Below are positions 10,177 through 19,112 of a stretch of 64,000 bases of DNA, one piece after another; positions within the stretch are counted from its first letter, which is position 1, and every line of letters starts with the position of its first letter. The stretch comes from an uncultured Candidatus Rokubacteria bacterium (GTDB taxonomy: Bacteria; Methylomirabilota; Methylomirabilia; Rokubacteriales; CSP1-6): assembly GCA_963771355.1 (NCBI GenBank), contig CAVYTA010000004.1, forward strand, positions 192,001-256,000. Reading direction: 5' to 3'. The notes under the pieces were generated by a model. It had not been told where the DNA came from. It saw only the letters and a list, made by a program, of their open reading frames with translations, and made no database searches. A program made the position numbers and the translations under genes.

Positions 10177-10817
10177 CAGGGAGCGAAGGCGGTGAGATCA
10201 CCGCCAGTGGAGTTGACGGTCAGCACGGTGGGGCCGATGCGGCCGTACGCGATGGCAGAGACGGATGCGGTCCCGATGGCGATGCGCTGGAAGAGGTCCA
10301 GCGGCGTGCCCAGCGCATGCGCCACCGCGGTCTTTATGGGGTCGGAGTGCGACACGGCGACGATGGTCTCGCCCGGATGGCGGGCCACCAGGGCGTGCAG
10401 CGTGTCGGACATGCGCGTCTGGATCTCCATGAAGGACTCGCCCCCGGGGAAGCGAAAGCCGCTCGGGTGCCGCTGCACCACCGTCCACTCGGGCAGCTTG
10501 GCCGCCTTCGCCAGCTCGATCCCCGTCCATTCGCCGATCTCGCACTCGACCAGGCCCGGCTCGATCCGAACTTCAAGCCCGCGACGCCGAGCGATCGGGT
10601 CTGCCGTTTCTCTGGCGCGCTCCAGCGGGGAGCTGTAGACGGCGGCCACCGCCTTGAGCCGGGCGATGCGCTCGGCGGCGGCCTCGGCTTCCTTGCGACC
10701 CTCCTCCGCGAGATGGAGCCCCGGCGCGCGACCGGGGAGGATGGTGCCCGTGGTCGGCGTCCGCCCATGGCGGACGAGCAGGATGAGCGTGGCGGTCGGG
10801 CGGCGGCGCTTGTGAAT
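10176..10817 (-). CDS. MSMEG_4193 family histidine phosphatase/phosphomutase (probable ATT start)
   Basis: Frame extends upstream of the ORF-track start to include catalytic LVRHG; SSPLERA.ETA, VSH.D.IK, DLFQR; GGAG 8 nt before ATT at 10817. Confidence 0.85.
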   Translation of the reverse strand: MHKRRRPTATLILLVRHGRTPTTGTILPGRAPGLHLAEEGRKEAEAAAERIARLKAVAAVYSSPLERARETADPIARRRGLEVRIEPGLVECEIGEWTGIELAKAAKLPEWTVVQRHPSGFRFPGGESFMEIQTRMSDTLHALVARHPGETIVAVSHSDPIKTAVAHALGTPLDLFQRIAIGTASVSAIAYGRIGPTVLTVNSTGGDLTAFAP

Positions 10818-10957
10818 GGCGTGGTCTCCGTGGCGGCGGTCGAGGGGCCGTGCGTGAGCCGAATGGTAGACCGCGCGGCGCCGTCGCGCAAGCGCCGCGG
10901 CAGCCCGGCGCCGTTCGAGGCCCCGCCTCCGCGCGGCAACGTGGCATCATAGGGGGC

Positions 10958-11425
10958 ATGGCGACCATCGAAGCTGGCGACAAGGCCCCCGCGTTCTCGG
11001 TCCCCGACCAGGACGGCGTGCTCCACCGCCTCCGGGACTATGCGGGGAAGCCCTTGGTCCTCTACTTCTATCCCAAGGACGACACCCCCGGGTGCACCCG
11101 GGAAGCCTGCGCCTTCCAGGATGCGCTACCGAAGTTCGGCAAGTCCAAGGCGGTGGTCCTCGGCGTCAGCATCCTGGACACCGTGAGCAAGGCCAAGTTC
11201 GCCAAGAAGCACGGCCTCACCTTCCGGTTGCTCGCCGACGCCGACCACGAAATGGCCGACCGGTACGGGGTGTGGAAGAAGAAGACGCTCTACGGGCGCC
11301 AGTTCATGGGGCTCGTGCGCACCACCTTCCTCATCGGGCCCGACGGCAAGGTCGCGCGCCGCTGGGACAACGTGAAGGTGGACGGTCACGCCGCCGAGGT
11401 GCTCGCGGCGGTGAACGCCCTCTAG
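10958..11425 (+). CDS. bcp: Thioredoxin-dependent thiol peroxidase (BCP/PrxQ)
   Basis: LYFYPKDDTPGCTREAC.F. Confidence 0.93.
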   Translation: MATIEAGDKAPAFSVPDQDGVLHRLRDYAGKPLVLYFYPKDDTPGCTREACAFQDALPKFGKSKAVVLGVSILDTVSKAKFAKKHGLTFRLLADADHEMADRYGVWKKKTLYGRQFMGLVRTTFLIGPDGKVARRWDNVKVDGHAAEVLAAVNAL

Positions 11426-12354
11426 CCCGCCCACTCTCCCGTGCGCAGGTAGCGGATGGCAGCCAGCGCCGCGGTGGCGCCGTCGCCCGCCGCGGTCACG
11501 AGCTGACGGGCGGAGTGGGCGCGGATGTCGCCCGCCGCCGTGATCCCCGGCACCGCGGTGCGCATCCAGAGATCCGTCACGATGTGGCCGCTGGCGGTCA
11601 GCGGGACCAGGTCGCCCAGGAAGGCGGTGTTGGGGCGGAGGCCGACATAGATGAAGACCCCGCTCACCGGCAGGGGCGCGCGCTCGCCGGACCCGAGGTC
11701 CTCGACGGCGAGACGCTGCACGCCCTCCGCGCCCTCGATGGCGCGTACCGCCGCATTCCAGCGGAACTTGATCTTGGCGTGGCCGCGCGCGCGCTCCTGG
11801 AGGGCGGCGCAGGCGCGGAGCGTGTCGCGGCGGTGGATGACGGTGACCTGCGAGGCGTACTGGGTCAGGTGCACCGCCTCGTCGATGGCCGCGTCGCCCC
11901 CACCCACCACCGCTACCGACTGGCCCATGAAGAAGGAGCCGTCGCAGGAGGCGCAGTGGGAAAGGCCCTTGCCCACGAACTCCGTCTCGCCGGGTATGTC
12001 GAGAGTTGCGAAGCTCGAGCCGGCGGCGATTACCAGCGCTCGCGCTCGGACGTCGCCGGTATCGGTTTCCAGGACCGTCAGGCCGCCCTCTCGGCGCACC
12101 GACGCGACCTCCCCCATCTGGACCTCGAGGCCGGCCGCGGTGGCCTGCTGCTGGAGGACGGGGCCCAGCGTATATCCGGCGATGCCGTCGGGGAAGCCGG
12201 GGAAGTTCTCGATGTGCTCGCAGTTGAGCACCTGTCCCCCCGAGGAGAATCGCTCGAGCAGCAAGGCGCGGCAGCGGTCCCGCGCCGCGAAGATCCCGGC
12301 GGTATAGCCGGCGGCGCCGCCGCCCACGATGACGACCTCATAGGGCTCGGGCAT
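11422..12354 (-). CDS. trxB: Thioredoxin-disulfide reductase
   Basis: GGG.AG, IENFPGF, CASCDG active site, VVGGGDAA, AAGD. Confidence 0.88.
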   Translation of the reverse strand: MPEPYEVVIVGGGAAGYTAGIFAARDRCRALLLERFSSGGQVLNCEHIENFPGFPDGIAGYTLGPVLQQQATAAGLEVQMGEVASVRREGGLTVLETDTGDVRARALVIAAGSSFATLDIPGETEFVGKGLSHCASCDGSFFMGQSVAVVGGGDAAIDEAVHLTQYASQVTVIHRRDTLRACAALQERARGHAKIKFRWNAAVRAIEGAEGVQRLAVEDLGSGERAPLPVSGVFIYVGLRPNTAFLGDLVPLTASGHIVTDLWMRTAVPGITAAGDIRAHSARQLVTAAGDGATAALAAIRYLRTGEWAG

Positions 12355-12437
12355 GCCGCCATCATACTCGACCCGGCGAAGGAGATGGACGCGCTCCGGG
12401 GCTTCGGTTCCTTCGTGTGTGTGCGCGCCCTGAGGGG

Positions 12438-14693
12438 TCAGTGCTGGGCGCTGGGGCCCAGCCGCCGGTGAAGCCGCGCGAGTGGGGCGGGTGCCCACCA
12501 GTTCCACTCGCCCATCAGCCGCATGGTGGCGGGGACCAGCAGGGCGCGGACGATGGTGGCGTCCACCACCACCGCGATGCCCATGCCGATTCCGATGGCC
12601 TGGATGGGCACCATGTCCGCGGTGCCGAAGGCGAAGAACACCGCCGCCATGATGGCGGCGGCGCCGGTGATGAGGCGTCCGGTGCGCTCCAGAGCGCTCG
12701 CCACCGCCTGTGTATTGTCCCCGGTGCGCTCGTATTCCTCCCGCACGCGACTGAGCAGCAGCACCTCGTAGTCCATGGACAGCCCGAACATCACGCAGAA
12801 CATGATGATGGGCGTGGAGGTCTCGATGGGGCTCGGCGTGAAGCCGAGCCAGTGACGGAGGTGGCCGTCCTGGAAGATCCACACCAGCGCTCCGTAGGAG
12901 GCGCTGATGGAGAGCACGTTCATCACCACCGCCTTGAGCGGTAGCAGGAGCGAGCCCAGCAGCAGGAAGAGCACGAGGTAGGTGGCGACCATGATGACGG
13001 CCACGGTGAGGGGGGCGTGCCGGCCGATGGCCTCCGCCAAATCGAGGTCGAGCGCGGTCTGGCCGGTGACGAGCACCTCGACGTCCACCGCCGGATGGGT
13101 GCGCCGGATGGTGCGCACGAGCTCGCGGGCCTCGGTGGAGCCGGCGCGCAGGGGGGTGGAGGCCACCAGCACCATCAGCCGCTCGCTGGCGGTCTGGGCC
13201 ACCGCGTCGCGGATGAAGGGAGGCAGCTCCCCGGGCGCGGCGGCGAAGATCTGCCGGTACTGCGCGAGGGTGATGTCGGGATGCAGCGCCACCGGCCCCT
13301 CCACCCGGCTCACGCCGGGAAGACCAGCGAGCCAGCGCGCCAAATCATAGGCGCGGACCACCGACTCCGGCGAGCGCATGCGGCCCTGCGGGTCGTGCAG
13401 CACGATCACCACCTGATTGGCGTCGCCCGACGGAAACTCGCGCCGCAGCTCCTCCCCCCTCCGAGCCTCCGCGGTGGCCGGGAGCACGCTGGCGTCGCTG
13501 GCGCCCAGGCGGAGACGCAGGAACGGCGAGCCCACCAGGACGAGCACCGCTACCACCGGGATCAGCACGCGCCAGGGATGGGCCATCACCGCGGCGGCGA
13601 GCCGCCGCCAGGCCCGCCGGCTCCGCTCCGACTGCACGGGGGAGAGGAAGGGCACCCGCAGCGCGTCCACCCGCGGGCCGAGGATGGCGAGCAGCGCGGG
13701 GAGGAAGGTCAGCGAGAAGAGCACCGCGAGCAGCACCACCGCGGTGCCGGCCAGCCCCATGGAGGCGAGGCTCTGCAGGCGCAGGCAGAGCATGCCGAGG
13801 AGCCCGATGGCCACGGTGAGGCCGGAGAAGAGCACGGCGCGCCCCGCCGTCTCCATGGTGCGCCCCAGCGCGTCCTCCGCGGGCCGCTCCGCCAGCTCGT
13901 CGCGGAAGCGGCTGATCACGAAGAGGGAGTAGTCCACCGCCACGCTGAAGCCGACCATGGAGACCACGTTGACGGCGTAGACGGACACGGGGAGGAACTG
14001 CGAGAGGAAGTAGGTGAAGCCGAGCCCGGTGGCCACGCCGAGCATGCCCACCCCCAGCGGCAAGATCGCCGCGATGAGCGAGCCGAAGACGAGGACGAGG
14101 AGGAACGGGACCACCGGCCAGATCACCCGCTCGGCGCGCCGGATGGCGCGCGTGGCCGTTTCCGTGAAGTCGTGGTTGAGCGCCATCGGTCCCGCCGGCA
14201 CCACCTCGAACGTCTCCGAGCGGACCAGCGGGCGGAGCTCCTTGTAGGCGCCGCTCTCGCTCTGGCCGAGACTGAGCGAGGCGAACTCCGACGGCCCGCC
14301 CTTGAGCTCCACCGTGACCATCACCCGGTGTCCGTCGCGGGCGATCTGCGGCACGTCGATGGGGGTGAGGGGATCGTAGGGCGTCTTCACCCGGACCACG
14401 CGCGGATCCGAGCGCAGGGGCGCCAGCGCCCGCTCCACCTCGGCGCGGAAGGCGGGATCCTCGGCGCGCAGGGTGGGGTGGCTGAAGATCAGGTGGAAGG
14501 TGGGCGGCTTCCTGGGGAGCTCGCGCTCGATGAGGCGCGCGGCGCGGCCCGCCTCCGTGGAATGGGGGGTGGGGTTGTTATCGAACTCGCCGCCGCGAAG
14601 AATGAACCACGCGGCGGGGAGGAGGGTCAGCAGGGAGAGCAGCAGGACGGAGAGACGGTTCCGGAAGACGAAACGGCCCCAGGCGTCGAACAC
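12438..14693 (-). CDS. MMPL family (RND) lipid transporter
   Basis: VDYSLF.ISRFR.E, TAGRAV.FSG.TV, FGLSMDYEV.LLSR.RE, DAT.VR.LLVPA. Confidence 0.92.
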   Translation of the reverse strand: MFDAWGRFVFRNRLSVLLLSLLTLLPAAWFILRGGEFDNNPTPHSTEAGRAARLIERELPRKPPTFHLIFSHPTLRAEDPAFRAEVERALAPLRSDPRVVRVKTPYDPLTPIDVPQIARDGHRVMVTVELKGGPSEFASLSLGQSESGAYKELRPLVRSETFEVVPAGPMALNHDFTETATRAIRRAERVIWPVVPFLLVLVFGSLIAAILPLGVGMLGVATGLGFTYFLSQFLPVSVYAVNVVSMVGFSVAVDYSLFVISRFRDELAERPAEDALGRTMETAGRAVLFSGLTVAIGLLGMLCLRLQSLASMGLAGTAVVLLAVLFSLTFLPALLAILGPRVDALRVPFLSPVQSERSRRAWRRLAAAVMAHPWRVLIPVVAVLVLVGSPFLRLRLGASDASVLPATAEARRGEELRREFPSGDANQVVIVLHDPQGRMRSPESVVRAYDLARWLAGLPGVSRVEGPVALHPDITLAQYRQIFAAAPGELPPFIRDAVAQTASERLMVLVASTPLRAGSTEARELVRTIRRTHPAVDVEVLVTGQTALDLDLAEAIGRHAPLTVAVIMVATYLVLFLLLGSLLLPLKAVVMNVLSISASYGALVWIFQDGHLRHWLGFTPSPIETSTPIIMFCVMFGLSMDYEVLLLSRVREEYERTGDNTQAVASALERTGRLITGAAAIMAAVFFAFGTADMVPIQAIGIGMGIAVVVDATIVRALLVPATMRLMGEWNWWAPAPLARLHRRLGPSAQH

Positions 14694-16319
14694 TTATGCT
14701 TCGGCAGCAGGCACGGGCGCCAGCGTCCTCGAAGGGGCGTAGAAGGACGGCTCCGGCATGCCGGCCAGGCACTGCCGCGCGAACTCGATCAGGTGGTGGC
14801 TCACCACCGCGCTCTGGACGAACTCCTCGAAGCGGCCGCGCCCCAGCGTGCGCGCGGCCATCCGCCAGAAGTCCCCGCGATAGCTGCTGTGCACGCCCAG
14901 CCGCCAGAAGAGCCGCGCGAAGATGCCGAGCCCGCGCCGGACATTGCGGGGCGCGAGCCGGCGCGGGTCCATCGGGTACCAGGGCCGGTTCCGGAACGTG
15001 TGCCGCTGCTGATGCGCGTAGCGCCCGTAGATGGCGCTCGGCTCGTAGGCGGCCTCGATACACTTCCGCCACATGCCGAGCACGGTCTCGTAGGGCAGGA
15101 GGAAGTCCACGTTGGACTCGCGCCCCTCCTCGTTCCGGATCCGCCCGGCCCGCTCGAGGCGGTCCCAGAGCGGGGTCTTCGGCAGCGCGTAGAGCACGTT
15201 GATGGTGAGGATGGGGATCTGCGAGGCCCGGATGAACTCGACGATGCGGCCGGCCGAATCCGGGGTGTCGGTGTCGAGCCCGATGATGATGCCGGACACC
15301 ACTTCCATCCCGTACTTGTTGATGGTCTCCACCGCGTCGAGGATGGGCAGCCGGAGGTTCTGCGACTTCGACATCGCCTGGAGCGCCTCCGGCTCCGGCG
15401 TCTCGATGCCGCAGAAGATGGTGACGAAGCCGGCGTCACGCATGAGCGCCAAGGTCTTTTCGTTCTTGGCGATGTTCAGCGTGGCCTCGCAGGCGATGCG
15501 GAGCGGATAACGGTGACGCTTCTGCCAGGTCACGAGGTGCGGGAGGAGGTCGGCCGCCGCCTTCGGGTTGGCGATGAAGTTGTCGTCCACGAAGTAGACC
15601 GACTGGGCGCCGCCGATCCGGAGCCGGTCCAGCTCCGCCACCACCTGCTCCGGGTTCTTGAGCCGCGGGTTCCGCCCGTAGAGCGCGGGGATGTCGCAGA
15701 ACTCGCAGGTGAAGGGACAGCCGCTGGAGAACTGCACGCTGGCCAGGAAGTAGTCGGGGATGGAGATCAGCTCGTAGGCGGGCATCGGGAACTGGTTGAG
15801 CGGCAGCCGGTCCTTGGTGGTGAGAACCTGCTGCGGCCCCTCCGGTCGGCCGTCTAGGCCGTCGAGGATCTCGATGAGCTGGTCGGTGGCGTCACCGATC
15901 TCACCCACGTGGACGAAGTCGGCGTCGGGGTACATCTCGGGACACCCGGAGGCCGACGGCCCGCCGATGGCCACCGGCCGCCCACAGGCGTGCGCGCGGC
16001 GCGTGATGTCCTCGATGTGGCGCTGCTGCACGTGCATGCCGGAGACGAGCACCGCGTCCGCCCAGCGGAGATCCTCGGGGGTCACCGCGCTCCGGTTCTC
16101 GTCCACGAAGCGGACCTTCCAGGACTCGGGCAGATAGGCCGCAATGAGGAGGAGGCCCTGAGGCGGCATGAAGGCGCGCACACCGCCGAGGAGGCTATAG
16201 GAATGATGGAAGGTCCCGAAGGACGGCGTATAGCGCGGGAACACGCAGAGAATGCGGCGAACGGTGGTCGGGCTATACGGGGTTCGCATACCGGTTGACG
16301 GCTTCGCCGCCAGGGTCAA
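14694..16319 (-). CDS. hpnP: B12-binding radical SAM methyltransferase, hopanoid C-2 methylase (HpnP)-like
   Basis: RRILCVFPRY..SFGTF, AFMPPQGLL.IAAYLP, CPFTCEFCDIP.LYGRNPRLK, CEATLNIAK, RESNVDFLLP match HpnP as I recall it; alternative ATG start at 16289. Confidence 0.8.
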   Translation of the reverse strand: MTLAAKPSTGMRTPYSPTTVRRILCVFPRYTPSFGTFHHSYSLLGGVRAFMPPQGLLLIAAYLPESWKVRFVDENRSAVTPEDLRWADAVLVSGMHVQQRHIEDITRRAHACGRPVAIGGPSASGCPEMYPDADFVHVGEIGDATDQLIEILDGLDGRPEGPQQVLTTKDRLPLNQFPMPAYELISIPDYFLASVQFSSGCPFTCEFCDIPALYGRNPRLKNPEQVVAELDRLRIGGAQSVYFVDDNFIANPKAAADLLPHLVTWQKRHRYPLRIACEATLNIAKNEKTLALMRDAGFVTIFCGIETPEPEALQAMSKSQNLRLPILDAVETINKYGMEVVSGIIIGLDTDTPDSAGRIVEFIRASQIPILTINVLYALPKTPLWDRLERAGRIRNEEGRESNVDFLLPYETVLGMWRKCIEAAYEPSAIYGRYAHQQRHTFRNRPWYPMDPRRLAPRNVRRGLGIFARLFWRLGVHSSYRGDFWRMAARTLGRGRFEEFVQSAVVSHHLIEFARQCLAGMPEPSFYAPSRTLAPVPAAEA

Positions 16320-16365
16320 AGTTTAGCATGGCCCTCCGGCCATCGGCGCACACGCTCTCGGCTAC

Positions 16366-16947
16366 CTATGTGTGTTCGGGCGACTCCGCCGCGCGCCGGA
16401 TCGCGCGCAGCATGGCGCGCCGGATGAGGCCGCTGCCGGGCCGCACGATGAGCCAGTAGGCGCGAAAACGCCGACGCGTGGCCGCGTCCGCGCAGCACAC
16501 CCGCGTCTCGGTGGTGAGCCGCACGCGGCCGCCCGGGAGCGGCTCGGCGCGGAAGTCCCAGGCCGCGCGCGCCAGGCCCGGGGCCAGCGCCTCCCGGAAC
16601 CGCCGCGCATCGGTGGGGCGGAGATCGCCGGCCGCCGTCCAGAAGCGTCCCTCGAGGCCGATCACCATCTCGCGGTCCGGCCGTTCTTCCAGCACCACGA
16701 AGCCGCGGGAGAAGAAAGTATCCAGTGTGAGGCGCTCCGCGTCGCGCTCCCGGAGGCGGCGGAGCGTGCGGCGGGGAGCGGTCAGCAGGGAGGGCAGCGC
16801 CCGGAGGCCCAGCAGCGTGGCGATCAGGGGCGACCGGCCGAAGTCGGCGGCCCGGAGCGCGGCCCAAACCCGCGCCGGGGCAGCCCGGATGACCAGGCTA
16901 TGTCGCTCCACCGCGTCGAACTCGGGGAGATAGTCGTCGATCAGCAC
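16366..16947 (-). CDS. Hypothetical protein (DUF2867-like)
   Basis: LID..LP.FD..E.H, L.TETRV...D...RRRF..YW..VRP.SG.IRR pattern. Confidence 0.65.
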   Translation of the reverse strand: MLIDDYLPEFDAVERHSLVIRAAPARVWAALRAADFGRSPLIATLLGLRALPSLLTAPRRTLRRLRERDAERLTLDTFFSRGFVVLEERPDREMVIGLEGRFWTAAGDLRPTDARRFREALAPGLARAAWDFRAEPLPGGRVRLTTETRVCCADAATRRRFRAYWLIVRPGSGLIRRAMLRAIRRAAESPEHT

Positions 16948-17027
16948 GGGGCCATTTCACGCCGGGCCCCGGCCGGGGTCTTAGCCGGTGACACCAAGAC
17001 CGGCTCACTGGAGCCAGGGGAGGGCGT

Positions 17028-17492
17028 ATGGCGGACAAGCGAAAGCTGCTCAAGGACGCGGACGAGGCCTACACCGAGCTGACCGAGGCCGTGGCCGGCC
17101 TCACCGACCTCGAGCTGAGCCGGGTCTGGCTCGGCACCTGGGGCGCGCGGGAGATCCTCATTCACATCGCGGCCTGGGACCGGGAGATGATTCCCGCGCT
17201 CCAGCGGGTGGGCCGGGGCGAAGCCCCGTATGCGGCCGGCACGTATGACGACGTCGATGCCTGGAATGCCCGCTTCGTCGAGGCCCGGCTGGGCGCCAAT
17301 GCCTCGGGGATCCTGGCCGAGCTGGCCGCCAATCACGCGGCCTTCGTGGCCGCCGCGGCGGCGCTGCCGGAGGAGCACTTCCTGCCGGGCGGCGGCGCGG
17401 GCGACCTGGTGTCGGGCACGACCACGGGGCACTACCGCGAGCATGCCGAGCAGATCCGGGGCTGGCGGGAGGAGAAGGAGCAGCAGGCGTAA
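17028..17492 (+). CDS. DinB/ClbS-like four-helix bundle protein
   Basis: W...EIL.HIA.WD, D.WNA, HY.EH motifs; GGAGG RBS. Confidence 0.75.
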   Translation: MADKRKLLKDADEAYTELTEAVAGLTDLELSRVWLGTWGAREILIHIAAWDREMIPALQRVGRGEAPYAAGTYDDVDAWNARFVEARLGANASGILAELAANHAAFVAAAAALPEEHFLPGGGAGDLVSGTTTGHYREHAEQIRGWREEKEQQA

Positions 17493-17522
17493 GCGCACCG
17501 CGCGTCGATCGCGGTCGGCGGC

Positions 17523-18966
17523 TCATGACCCGGCGGCAGGTGACGCCGGGTCGTGAGCCGTCTCCAGCAATCGGATCACCGCCGCGCGATCGTGCTTCCC
17601 GGTGATCAGCGCGGGGATCTGGGGGCGTACCGCCACGATGGCGGGCTGTAGCCACGCCGGCAGGGTCCGGCTCGCCACGGCGTGGATGTCCGGGACGCCG
17701 ACACCCTCACGTGCCGCGACGAGGACGCCGATCACGGCGGCGCCGCGGCGTGGGACCGGTACCACCACGCTGTCGAGCACGCCGGGGTGCGTGCGCAGCG
17801 CGTTTGCGACCTGGGCCGGGCTCACCAGATAGCCACCGCTGGTCTTGAAGCAGTCGTCCAGCCGACCCAGCAGGATGAGGCGTCCCTCGGGCGTGAGCGT
17901 GCCCACGTCCTCGGTGCCGCTCCAGCCGTCTTCTCGGGACAGCGCTTGCACATCCGGCGGGTACCCATAGCCTTCGCTGTGCCAGGGGCAGCGAATCCAG
18001 ACGCGCCCCGGTTGCCCGGGCGGGACCGCGGCCTCCGGCGTCTCGCCGCAGCGGATCTCCACGCCGGGAGACGGGAAGCCGACCGTCTCCGGCCGGATCT
18101 CGGTCACCGGCGCCGGGTCGGAGGTGATGAAGCTGCACTCGGTGCGCCCGTAGCTCTGGCGGATCGGCACGCCGAAGCGCTCGAGGAAGCCCCGATACAC
18201 CGCCTCCGCCACATGCCCGCTACTGATGTGACAGATCCCGGGCGTCCGCCCCGGCCACTCCCCCAGCGGCGCGCGGACCAGCAGATCGGCCATGAGCGCG
18301 GTGCCGGGCCAGTAGTCGTATCCGCCTTGCGCGAAGAGGTGGAGCAGCGAGCGGTGATCGAAGCGTTCGAGCAGGCCGACATGCCCGTGGAGATAGGCGG
18401 GCAAGAGGAAGTTCTGGCTGAGCCCGAACGAGGTGGCCAGCGGCAAGCACGCGGCGATGCGCGCGCCCCGCGCGAGCCCATACGTCTCGGCGATGGCCTG
18501 AACCGCCAGAAAGAGCCCCTTGGTAGACCGGAAGCCGGGCTTGGGCGTGCCGGTGGAGCCGGAGGTGAAGATGACGAAGCCGGGCGTGGAGAAGAAGGTG
18601 GGCGGCGGGCCGGGGGCCCTGCCAGGCTCGGGAAGCGCGATGGCCGAGAGCCCGGCTTCCTCGAGCGCGGGCGCGAATTCCGCGGTGGCCGGAGTGAGGA
18701 AGACCGGCATGACAGTGGGGAATGGAGGGTCGCTACGCCAGGTGCTGGGCTCGGGGTGGAGCAGCACGACGGGCGCCGGGAGCGCCGACAGCGCGAAGAG
18801 GAGCGCGAAGGTCTCGGGATGACTCCGCGCCACCAGCGCCACCGCGTCCGGCATCGCCGGGAGCCGCTCGACGACGCCGCGCATGCCAGCCCGCCGCCAT
18901 CCCCGCGAGCGTCTCGCCGCTCCAGTCGCGCCCCTGGAAGGTGATGCTCGGCGGCAGAAGGGTCAC
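17523..18966 (-). CDS. AMP-binding acyl-CoA synthetase family protein, apparent frameshift near 18880
   Basis: FTSGSTGTPK, YG.TE, GR.DD motifs in ORF 17523-18884; N-terminal ~28 codons lie in another frame from 18966. Confidence 0.75.
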
Positions 18967-19112
18967 GCGAGCAGGCTAACATGGGCGACTCCGGACCTCG
19001 GCGATCCGACTGGATCACGATACGAGGGCAAGTAGGCCGGGATTCGGGTACGTCGATACCGGTTGCACTGATATCCAGGAAGCCCTATTAGATCGTGAAG
19101 GGGGAATCCGGC

